In this document: positions 21,035 through 30,615 of the stretch, piece by piece
How the letters are laid out: the number at the start of each line of letters is the position of its first letter
Numbering within the stretch: position 1 is the first letter of the stretch
Source of the DNA: Craspedostauros australis
Taxonomy: Eukaryota
DNA: 37,423 nt
Reading direction: 5' to 3'
Assembly: GCA_030167865.1 (NCBI GenBank)
Contig: JALAGF010000901.1
Location: forward strand, 1 to 37,423
The notes under the pieces: model-generated
Told to the model about the DNA's origin: nothing
Database searches by the model: none
What the model saw: only the letters and a program-made list of their open reading frames with translations
Translations under genes and position numbers: made by a program

Positions 21035-22966
21035 TCAAGAGCCGGTATGCCCGGCCGCATCCGGACTGGTCGAAGCCTCGCCAACGACTTCATCTTGAAA
21101 GCCACTATCTGGCAATTCGATCGCGCTGTACGCAAACTCGTCCACAAGCGCGGCATTTTGTGGATGCAGCTGCACCGGAGCGTCGCGACCATGTCGAACC
21201 GTTTTGAAAATCCAAACGACCAAGAAGGGAAGCAAAATGACGGCTCCCACGATCGATCCACGGCAGGTGCCGCCGCAGCTGTGAGAGACGGCACTTGGAG
21301 ATGCGGAATCGTCTCCTTGCGTTGGATTGGCAGGTTTGTCGACGGAGGAATCGAAGACCGATGTGAACCCGTTTTGCTCGAGTATCTTGGAAAAGTCACA
21401 GTCGCTCTCGGCAAACCCGAGGCGGCCGCCATTGATATCAAAGAAGACGTCGTGTCCCATCATGACGTTGGCCCCCATCACGCTTCCACCAGATTCTGTC
21501 GGAGAGAACCGGGGAATGTATTGCCGTGACTGTTTCTTGTATTCCATGTAATGCGATGGAGGGAAGGCGAGAATGACATCGGTGGGATATTGCGGGTCCA
21601 GGTCGCCGGCCAGTCCGAGCGTCTTCTTGGGATCGGCACCGAAGTTGTCACCTTCGAGCTGGAAGAGGATGGTTGGCAGCGCTTCTAACTCCTCTTGGGT
21701 CAGCCTGACGCCGTGACGAGGGTAGTCCTGACCCGTCAACTCTCTGAATTTCAATTCGAATTCGGCGGCAATAAAGTGATTCCAATACGTGTCAGTGGTT
21801 CCAGAATCAAGGATGACGCCGTGCCTGTTAATGTCGTACTCGCTCAGATTCAGTCGCAGCACCCCTTCTGTTTGATCCTCATGTTTGGATCGCGCCGATT
21901 CGCCTGCTTTCCCGTCGCGCAGGTGTATGCGTCGCACCTTGACGCTGAATGATCCACGACGGCCTGCATTCCTGTTGGGAGTGTATACCATGTCATCGTG
22001 ATGCAGCCGTGGGTCGACACCGCCCAACGTCATGGCACCGGCCTCCGTGCCTTCTCGGTTGGCCGTTGGCTGTCTGGAGAAGCACAACGCGAACTGTTCC
22101 TTTTGCCCCATGTGCCCAGAAATGAACATCTGGTGCCAATAGGATGCAACGCTGTTGCCCATCCCCAAGATTCCGTCCGCAAGCTGCGTGCGGAAGAGAC
22201 CGGTGATCTCGAATTGGCAACCGAACACCATGTCGAACGCAAAGTTGCTCGCATGGCTGGGATCCAAATCGTCGCTGCCATGATCATCTACGAGAGGAAT
22301 GACGTGAGATCCACCGATGTAGCAATGGTCCTTAACTTCGTAAGCTTTCCAACCGCTGCCTTCCGCGTAGAACTGCGATAGCTCGCAGTGCTGGTAAGCT
22401 CCACAACTGGCTCGTTCGTTGGTGCATCCATCCACTGTGCAATCCTGAATGTGGAAGGATGTCGACTGATCGGGATCAAACAGCTTGTCGATGTGGTAAT
22501 CTGGCGCACCGCAATTTTCGCATCCCTTGCAGGGGAATCCAGTCGCGCCACTATTTGTGCTGACGATGACAGTCTGTCGTTGCGGCGGCGTGCCGCACCA
22601 TACATCGACGTAATGCGTGCCATATCCTTGGTACAACGCTCCCACCTGCTTGGCACCCCCGAGCCGGCGACGTGGGTGGTCTGCGTCGCCTAGATTCGCG
22701 CTGTCAAGGTTGTCATCCAAAGCTTGTGATGCGTCGATTGCATCCAACCCGCGCGCTCGTGCTCGCTGGCGCCGGCGGTGTTCAACATGATGGGGAACCA
22801 GCGGGTGCGAGACGATTCCTGTTGGCAGCCCAGCCATTTTCTCTTGGATTTCACCGTTGCTGTCTATGGCATCGTTGAGTGGCGGCAGCCCAGTCGCCAA
22901 GGCCGCGGCTGCGGCAGCTGAGGCGATGAACGCGTACAACGCAGCTGCACGGAGGAATGACTTCAT
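21035..22966 (-). CDS. Plasmepsin V/ASP5-like aspartic protease homologue AP1, first catalytic Asp absent (643 aa)
   Basis: Signal peptide, pro-region ending RRRL, GTPPQRQTVIV-STN-S in place of DTG, FPCxxCxxCG, YAEGS, FGC...LFRTQLADGILGM, ILDSGTT, C-terminal TM helix and acidic tail. Confidence 0.9.
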   Translation of the reverse strand: MKSFLRAAALYAFIASAAAAAALATGLPPLNDAIDSNGEIQEKMAGLPTGIVSHPLVPHHVEHRRRQRARARGLDAIDASQALDDNLDSANLGDADHPRRRLGGAKQVGALYQGYGTHYVDVWCGTPPQRQTVIVSTNSGATGFPCKGCENCGAPDYHIDKLFDPDQSTSFHIQDCTVDGCTNERASCGAYQHCELSQFYAEGSGWKAYEVKDHCYIGGSHVIPLVDDHGSDDLDPSHASNFAFDMVFGCQFEITGLFRTQLADGILGMGNSVASYWHQMFISGHMGQKEQFALCFSRQPTANREGTEAGAMTLGGVDPRLHHDDMVYTPNRNAGRRGSFSVKVRRIHLRDGKAGESARSKHEDQTEGVLRLNLSEYDINRHGVILDSGTTDTYWNHFIAAEFELKFRELTGQDYPRHGVRLTQEELEALPTILFQLEGDNFGADPKKTLGLAGDLDPQYPTDVILAFPPSHYMEYKKQSRQYIPRFSPTESGGSVMGANVMMGHDVFFDINGGRLGFAESDCDFSKILEQNGFTSVFDSSVDKPANPTQGDDSASPSAVSHSCGGTCRGSIVGAVILLPFLVVWIFKTVRHGRDAPVQLHPQNAALVDEFAYSAIELPDSGFQDEVVGEASTSPDAAGHTGS

Positions 22967-23599
22967 GGTGTTTGTTTATGTGGGGTAGATCGTACTCTAG
23001 TGTTTCCTTCAGTTCTTGCTTCTGTCTCTGTTGCTGATGCCGCCGCTACTTCCTCTGTTGCCGCTACTGCCACCACTGCCGAGGCGATTCTTTCCGACGC
23101 TCTTTCTCTCACGCGTCCTCTCTGTCTCTACACCAGCGCCTCCTTGTTCCGCCCAAGAGGCTCTTTTCTGCAACCAACCGAAGCGCCACGACAACAAAAG
23201 TTGAGAACTCGATTTCCAGACGAGCACAAGATCTCATCTCATGTGATGCTGTTGAATCGTGTTTCGCAAGCGATACGGACAGAACTATGCGAACAAGCTG
23301 CCGCAACAATCCGAACGCCGGACAAAGAGAACAGTTGTGGACGTCATACCCCAAGAAGAATTCTGTGGAGCGTATTCTAATCAATCGCGGGATAGGATTT
23401 TCTTTGGTAAAGCAGTGCATTCCTATTGATTATTCTGCCATTGCCTCTTCCATCTGTTGACTGACCAAGATTTCTTGTTCGCAATTGGTCGTGTGGGGCT
23501 GCTTGGTCCGTCTGATGGCCGAAATGTGAGACAACTTGGCAAGTTAAATGCATGATGTGTAAAGTAGAGTGCGCAGATTGCGTCTCTTCAGGTGCCGGA

Positions 23600-25140
23600 G
23601 TCAGACGAGATCGCTCAATGGAGGGACGACTTGGGACGTCTGGAATGTCCGCAGAGTCCAGGGAACCTGGAGAACCTATCTACTCCGATGAACTGGAGGA
23701 CGCAGAGGTGGAGGTTGAGGAAGAGGCAGAAGACACAGAGCCAGATCCAGAGGATGCGCTGGAAGACGAGTCTGGGGAGTCCGGAGAGTCTGGTGAATCT
23801 GCAGAAGAGACAGATCCGGAGCCAGCAGAAGTGCTGGAGCTCAAGCGGCGGCCATCAGAGCTGGATTTGCTGGTGGAAGTGTCCGGGGAATCCGGAGAGT
23901 CGGGAGAGTCTGGGGAATCTACAGAGGAGACGGATCCAGAAGATCCACTGGAGCTCAAGCGACGGCCATCACCGCTGGACTTGCTGGTGGAAGTGTCCGG
24001 GGAATCCGGAGAGTCTGGTGAGTCTGGGGAAGAGATAGAGACCGAAGAGACAGATCCAGAGCCAGCAGAAGTACTGGAGCTCAAGAGGCGGCCGCGGATG
24101 GTGCCTTGTTTGGCGCCATGTTTGGTGCCACCTGCAGCCACGAGGTCGAAGTTGCTGGCCATGGTGGCGGCGATGAAAAGGGTTGCGACGGAGGTGATCT
24201 TCATGGTTGGATGTTGTTGGTAGTGTGTCGGTCGACGGTGTGGGTTGGTAGTGTTGGTTTGTTTGTTTTTGGATGCTTTCGGTTTGATGATGATTGAGAT
24301 TTGTGAGATGAAGGAGTTCATGTCCGAACCCATTCCGCGTGCTCACGCACTCACATACATACATATAGTAAGTACTCTACTCAGCTCATTCCAACACGGT
24401 ACATCAGACTGCATCAGACTGCATCATACTTACTGCACCAGGACAAATGATAAACAGAGGTGAGTGAAGTGAGGTACTCTGTCAAATCTCCTGTCTTGAC
24501 TCAGTCTGATGGTTGAATCCAGTTTGCACGATCGACTGACACCCTGGCGAGGATGGGAGTTAGAGGGCTGCCGTGGAGGCTGTGTGATACGAGTACATGG
24601 CTGGAATGGACTGATGCGTACGAGTATGGCACGAGTGTGTGAGAGTACGAGTGTGTGACACTGGCGTAGAAATAGAGTAGAGTGACCCTCTCTGTGGTAC
24701 ATACTGCTGTGGCGCATGTTCTGATGATAATCAGTCACGTGTCTTGTGATGTGCGTATCTTTGCAATCGGACGCTTCTGCGAACGCGGAAGTGTTGTTCC
24801 ACACAGACAGCTCGTATTGCATGAGCATCATGCTCCTCCACGGTCTTGCCCACGACGATGTGCCATCGTGTGGAACGTGAGATCCGGAACTACGACATAC
24901 TCGAACGTGGATGTGAGGAGAAAGGAAGTGGGATTGAGATATCTTGGAGAAACGGAGTGGTCGAGCACGTTTGCTAACATCCTAGAGTATACGCTATTGC
25001 TCTGCAATGCCATGGTATCCTATGTTATGCTCTCTCCCTTTTCATACCGACTGAGGTAGGCACTCTACTCTGGGATTTATTCACTTGTTTAATCTCATTC
25101 CCGGGCGTGGCCATCGGATCATGCCTCCCTCTTTGCGACT
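23600..25140 (-). repeat. Tandem duplication unit 1 (SIL1 plus about 0.9 kb upstream)
   Basis: Colinear blocks shared with 25980-27000, e.g. 24504-24536 vs 26476-26508, 24732-24773 vs 26702-26741 and 25077-25116 vs 26936-26974. May extend to the (ACAG)-rich tracts near 25500 and 27440. Confidence 0.75.
23680..24204 (-). CDS. Secreted Ser/Asp/Pro-rich RxL-repeat precursor SIL1 (silacidin-like, 174 aa)
   Basis: The ATG at 24204 gives signal peptide MKITSVATLFIAATMASNFDLVAA. Three Ser-rich (SPD)n units follow RLL (24082-24090), RRL (23956-23964) and RRL (23842-23850). Paralogue at 25991-26224. Confidence 0.82.
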   Translation of the reverse strand: MKITSVATLFIAATMASNFDLVAAGGTKHGAKQGTIRGRLLSSSTSAGSGSVSSVSISSPDSPDSPDSPDTSTSKSSGDGRRLSSSGSSGSVSSVDSPDSPDSPDSPDTSTSKSSSDGRRLSSSTSAGSGSVSSADSPDSPDSPDSSSSASSGSGSVSSASSSTSTSASSSSSE

Positions 25141-25979
25141 CCACGTCCCTTCTCGAAGCACGAGTATGGTGCATACGCATGGCATCATACGTTTGCAATG
25201 TCCACCTGCCTCTTCGACGTGTTGTTGTTGTTGTCTGAACCGTGCGAGTAGAGTGCAGCGATCATCTGCGCCTACTCCGCACGCTGTCGTCATCAATCAC
25301 TCCATCGCCATACTCGTGAAGCACTCCAGTCTGTCATGCAGTTGGACAAGTGCGCAAGCATCATGTGTCAGTCAACAAGACCACACCGGCCAAGAACTGC
25401 CAAAGACGACTGAACATGAACAACAGTGGGATAACGCAAAAACTGTTGTTTCAGGCACCCAGACAGACAGATACAGACACACATACAGACACATACAGAC
25501 AGACAACAAATACATATGTACAAATATGCATGCACAAACGTACAGCCATGAACAGCCATGAACAGCCACGTCTGTTCGCCATGTACGGGCAACAGTGGAT
25601 GAATGATCCGGTGCCATCGACGCCGTGGACATAGTCATGTCCATGCCCGTGGCGATCCTTGCCCGTCGATGCGAGACAGGTGAACTCGTGTCCTGTCCAA
25701 CACAACGCGATGCCAAATGCAAAAGCAAGGATAGAGAAAGAGAGAGGTGTGTGTGGAGTATGTGTTGTTAAAGTGATTCATTCATACTAGCTACATCAGG
25801 GATGTGTTGTCGATAGTCGTTCCACCAATGTCTGGAGTATAGCATTCGTAGATCAGCCACAGTCTCGTATTCGAACCTTTGGAGCTGCTTGCCCCATGCG
25901 ATGATGGAAACACGAAGCCAGTCGATCATGGTGGGATGTAGCGCTCTATGTCCCTTGCAGCTCGTGCGATGTTGGAATC

Positions 25980-27000
25980 AGGCAATCCCTCTATGGAGGG
26001 ACAACTGGGGTGACAGGAGCATCAGGGGAGTCTGGAGAGTCTGGCGAATCTGGAGAGTCCGCGGAAGCAGAGGAGACTGAGCCGGAGGCAGAGCCAGAGG
26101 ATGCGCTCGAGCTCAAGCGACGGCCGCGGATGGTGCCTTGTTTGGTGCCACCGGCAGCTACGAGGTCGAAGTTGCTGGCCATGGTGGCGGCGATGAAAAG
26201 GGTTGCGACGGAGGTGATCTTCATGGTTGGATGTTGTTGATAGTGTGGGTTGATAGTGTTGGCTTGCTTCTGGATGCTGTTGGTTTGATGATGATTGAGG
26301 TTTGTGAGATGAAGAAGTTGAAGGCCCAGCACACTTCATGAAAGCATCGTCCTACGAATACCCGACATCATGCCGCCATAGGGAAGGGTACGTTGCAGTA
26401 CAGAATACGAGTGAATAGTACCAATGAGAAAGAGAGGTGAGCGAAGTGATACATTCGATCGCTCACCATGCCTCGGTCTGATCGTTGAATCAATTTCGCA
26501 CGATCGACAGTCATCATTCAATGAGATATGTCTGGTGGGAATCATAGGATCGCTGCGGAATATGTACTAGCTATGGTGTCATCCAAGGGATGGAATCGGC
26601 TTCAGCGTATGTTACATACGGTATCGGAGTAGCAGTTTGATAGCTGTAGAATATCAGTAGGGTGGCGCTGGAGTGAAATGTCGCATGTGGTTCATGGTGA
26701 CCAGTCGCACGTCTTGCGATTTGTATCTTCGCAATCGGACGAATCAGCGTTCGCTAGAAGTGTACTTCCACATGTACGCGTATGGTATCTATTATGAGTA
26801 CGTATAGTTGTGGGATGAAGACATCTGGCCAAACACGTTTGCCATCATGGTGCTACTATTCTATCGTCTTCCATTCCATACCATGTCATTTCGTGTCATT
26901 CTATTCCGGTATGTTCCTGCCCGTTCCTATCATGGTTTATTCACTTGTCCACCTACTCCCCGAGCGTGGCCATCAGGTCGCGCCTCGCTCTCTCCGTGCG
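25980..27000 (-). repeat. Tandem duplication unit 2 (SIL2 plus upstream)
   Basis: Same colinear blocks as unit 1; boundaries approximate. Confidence 0.75.
25991..26224 (-). CDS. Secreted Ser/Asp/Pro-rich RRL precursor SIL2 (silacidin-like, 77 aa)
   Basis: Same signal peptide as SIL1, then GGTKQGTIRG-RRL-SSSASSGSASGSVSSASADSPDSPDSPDSPDAPVTPVVPP. RRL at 26114-26122. Confidence 0.8.
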   Translation of the reverse strand: MKITSVATLFIAATMASNFDLVAAGGTKQGTIRGRRLSSSASSGSASGSVSSASADSPDSPDSPDSPDAPVTPVVPP

Positions 27001-27680
27001 ACATCGGCTCTTCTCTCGTCCTTTCTTCTTGTCCCGAAGCCTAACGTGCCATTTGCTTTTTGGGTTGCTTGTTCCTGGGTGTCTGCGGAGATCGTATGGT
27101 GCCCTATCCTCGAGACGAAAGTCACATATCCCATCCACGAGTCTCATCCATCCATCCCAGCAGGCACCATCTCGGAGAGAAACGGATCGTGCCAAAGCTC
27201 AGTCCCTGACCATCTCCATCAACCAAATCGTTGCCATCAGTTTGCTGGTATGTTGTGGTTGGTCAAGTGTATGCATGAGCACAATTCCTCCTTCGTGTGG
27301 ACCGGCGAGACTCAGTTTCGCTGTTTGGTTGGGACCTGTCGCAGACAACAAGAACGACGTGTCGACTTCCCACAGACAGCCATCCACAACAATTAGATGG
27401 ACAGACAAACATGTAGACAGACAGACATGCAGACAGACAGACAGACTCGCAACAACGAATGGAACCTGATAACTTCCCAATGGTTGTGCTTCGACACCAT
27501 CTTGTCCTTTGGCGAGAAACATGACAGCGACAGGATGATTCCAAGAGAGATGATTGCGCCCATTGTCGCATCTGCAAGTGGCTTGGGAATAGATGTAGTC
27601 TTTCTCAATACACAATCCATCGCAGACCGAAAGAGGAATTACCTATGCACAAAAGGTTGTTTAGAACAGTCCGCACCATG

Positions 27681-29564
27681 TTACTGTTTCTCACTTCGAT
27701 TGCTCGAAGTTTCATCTTCCTCCTCAAACTCGCCATCCGCCATTTCTATTGAATCGTTGTCAAAATCATCCGCCAGCGCGATGTTCTGCGCGTACAGTTC
27801 GGCGGGCGTGCTGCGACTGCGCGTCGACTTGGAGACGCAGACGACCAAGAATAGGATTGCGATGCAGCCACCGATGATGGAACCACGGCACGTGCTGTCG
27901 CACGATTCCAAAAGCTCCTGCAAGTCGCTGGATGCGCTGTCGTCGTCGCTGTCGTCATTCTCGGCCATGGTTTCGTTGATGGATGTATCAAAGACGGATT
28001 TGAATCCGTTGCGCTCAAGGATCTTGGAAAAGTCGCAGTCGCTCTCGGCAAATCCGATGCGGTTGGCGTCGACGTCGAAGAGGACGTCGTGTCCCATCAT
28101 GGCGTTGGCGCCCAGCACGCTGCCGCCGTTTTCCGTGACGTAGAAGCGCGGCGTGTAGGTTTTCGTCTCGGGGTCGTACTCCATGTAGTGCGATGGCGGA
28201 AAGGCGAGAAGGACATCGGTGGGATGCTCGGGGTCCAGGTCACCCACCAAACCGAGCGTCTTCTTGGGATTGGCCCCTTCGTTCTCACCGTAGATCTGGA
28301 AGAGGATGGTCGGCAGCGCTTCCAACTGCGCTTGGGTGAGCTTGCTGCCATGGTTGCTGTAGACCTTGTCTGTCATCTGCTTGTACTGCTTGCGGAATTC
28401 GCTGGCAATGTATCTGTTCCAGTACGTGTCGGTCGTGCCGGAATCGACGATGATGCCACTCTTGTTGATCCTATCCTCGGTGACATCTAGTCGCACCACC
28501 CCCTGCGTGACGTCATGATGCTTGGATCTCGCGGATTCTCCCGCCTTGCCATCGCGCAGATAGATGTTGCGCACGCGGATGCTGAAGAAGCCGCTGCGAC
28601 CTGAGTCCGTCTTGGTGGTGTAGACCATGTCGTCGTGATGCAAGCGCGCATCGACGCCGCCCAACGTCATGGAACCGGCCTCCGTGCCGTCGCGATCCGC
28701 CGTCGGTTGTCGCGAGAAACACAGCGTGAACTGGCGCTTGCTGCCCATGTGACCGGACTTGAACATCTGATGCCAGTACGTGCCCTTGTTGTTGGACATC
28801 CCCATGATGCCGTCCGCGAGCTGCGTTTTGAAGAGGCCCGTGATGGTGGTCTGGCAACCGAAGACCATGTCGAAGGCGAAGTGGCTCGCGTGGCTGGGAT
28901 CCAGATCGTCGCTGCCGTGATCGCCGACGAGGGGAACGACGTGCGAACCGCCGATGTAGCACTTATCCGCGCCTTCGTAGGCGCTCCATCGGCTGCCTTC
29001 CGCGTAGGCCATGGAGAGGTTGCACTGGTCGTTGGTCCCGCAATGCGATCGCGCGCTGGTGCAGCCGTTGGCCTTGCAATTGGGCACCTCGAAGGTGTCC
29101 GATTTTTTGGTATCGAAGAGGCCGTCGATGTGATACTCTGGCACGCCGCAGTCGTTGCATCCGTCGCACGGGAAGGCCGTGACGCTGCTGCCAGTGTCGA
29201 CGATGACGGTCTGTCGCTGCGGCGGCGTGCCGCACCACAGATCGATGTAGTGCGTGCCGTATCCCTGGTACAGCGCGCCCACCTGTTTGGCGCCGAGTCG
29301 TCGGTTCGAGCCATGGATCATGCAGTCAGCGTCATCGTCAGGCTCGCGTGCGTCCAATCCACGCGCTCGGCGTCGTCGACGGCGCTCCATGTGGTGCGGC
29401 ACCAGCGGGAACGAGATCATCTGGTGGCTGGGGTCATAATTCTGATCCGCGCTGTCATCTTGCAGCGCCTCCTTGAGTTGGGCAGTGACGGCCGCCAATG
29501 ATGGAGACACGGCAGCCAATACCAAGTGTGCGTACAACACTGCTGCGCAATGGAATGATATCAT
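27681..29564 (-). CDS. Plasmepsin V/ASP5-like aspartic protease AP2, catalytically intact (627 aa)
   Basis: The ATG at 29564 gives a signal peptide (MISFHCAAVLYAHLVLAAVSPSLA). Pro-region ends RRL. IVDTGSS (DTG at 29190-29198), FPCDGCNDCG, YAEGS, LFKTQLADGIMGM, IVDSGTT (DSG at 28437-28445), C-terminal TM and acidic tail. Confidence 0.92.
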   Translation of the reverse strand: MISFHCAAVLYAHLVLAAVSPSLAAVTAQLKEALQDDSADQNYDPSHQMISFPLVPHHMERRRRRRARGLDAREPDDDADCMIHGSNRRLGAKQVGALYQGYGTHYIDLWCGTPPQRQTVIVDTGSSVTAFPCDGCNDCGVPEYHIDGLFDTKKSDTFEVPNCKANGCTSARSHCGTNDQCNLSMAYAEGSRWSAYEGADKCYIGGSHVVPLVGDHGSDDLDPSHASHFAFDMVFGCQTTITGLFKTQLADGIMGMSNNKGTYWHQMFKSGHMGSKRQFTLCFSRQPTADRDGTEAGSMTLGGVDARLHHDDMVYTTKTDSGRSGFFSIRVRNIYLRDGKAGESARSKHHDVTQGVVRLDVTEDRINKSGIIVDSGTTDTYWNRYIASEFRKQYKQMTDKVYSNHGSKLTQAQLEALPTILFQIYGENEGANPKKTLGLVGDLDPEHPTDVLLAFPPSHYMEYDPETKTYTPRFYVTENGGSVLGANAMMGHDVLFDVDANRIGFAESDCDFSKILERNGFKSVFDTSINETMAENDDSDDDSASSDLQELLESCDSTCRGSIIGGCIAILFLVVCVSKSTRSRSTPAELYAQNIALADDFDNDSIEMADGEFEEEDETSSNRSEKQ

Positions 29565-30615
29565 CGCTGCGTGTGTGGTTGGGATGCTGCACAATCGCGA
29601 TGCTCTGCTGTTTGTGGATGCTGTTTGTGGATGTCTGGTCAGCCGCAGATTTGCGAGCCTGGCGCCGCTTCCGTTGCGTCGCACTATACGCCTATAATTA
29701 TGGCGGCCAGATCTCTGCAGCAGACTGAATTATCCTCCACTGTGTATTGGTGCTGCCGGTGTTGCTGATTGTATCCTGTCGCCTTGAGTGCCTCGAAGGT
29801 GATACTACTTGATCTCCGGTTGCTGTTGTTCTTGTGGTTGAAGATCGCCACGGATCGTCGACAATGCCAATGCGGACAGAGGAGGTCGTGTTTCCGCGCT
29901 CGGCACAACACAACACGACGTGACGCGCGGTTTCGTCTCCAGTTGTTTGCATGTGCACAGTTGCTCCACACGATGACCGTTTCGTGCTATCGTTTTGGGT
30001 TGTTCTCCGTTGGGTTCAGTTTATTCGTGTTTCTGGGCAAGTCGATGATGGACTTGTTTGACCATATCAAATTAATTGCATACTATTATATAATTGTACG
30101 TACCCTCCAATGATGTATGCGGTAAATGTATGGAATACTATGTTAATGACATACACAAAGAACGAATCGGGCCAATCCCGGGATCAACCTTGCTTTGGGT
30201 GGACTACTTCAGAGCTCTACTTCGCACCACTTTGCGGCGCTCTGCTCCATCTCAATCAATTCTACTCAACTCCGGAGTACTCGATCCTCCAGTCTGCCTC
30301 CCACTACTCTATCACATATAGTATTATATTATTCAAGTGCATTGTTTCTCTGTTTATTAATCTGTTTTTCCGTCGTGTGTTCCCCCACGTGAGTGTTTAT
30401 TACTCCACCAAAGGGTGCTTCTTCTGTCTTTGTCTTCCTCCCCTTTCCTTGCATCGCTGATAAAATCGAATTGAATTGCATCGCGCAACTGCTGTGCATG
30501 TGCTGTCTGTGTCTGTGTAGAAGCAACCACCAACATCATCGTCATCGTCACTGTCACCATCATTTTCATCTTCTTCAGGACCATTACCACCACCATCGCC
30601 AACAACGCAACATGC

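Noticed and set aside
23552-24223. Plus-strand Glu-rich ORFs (also 26010..26240)
   Set aside because: Antisense shadows of Ser/Pro/Asp codon repeats. The minus strand has the signal peptide, ATG context and paralogue conservation.
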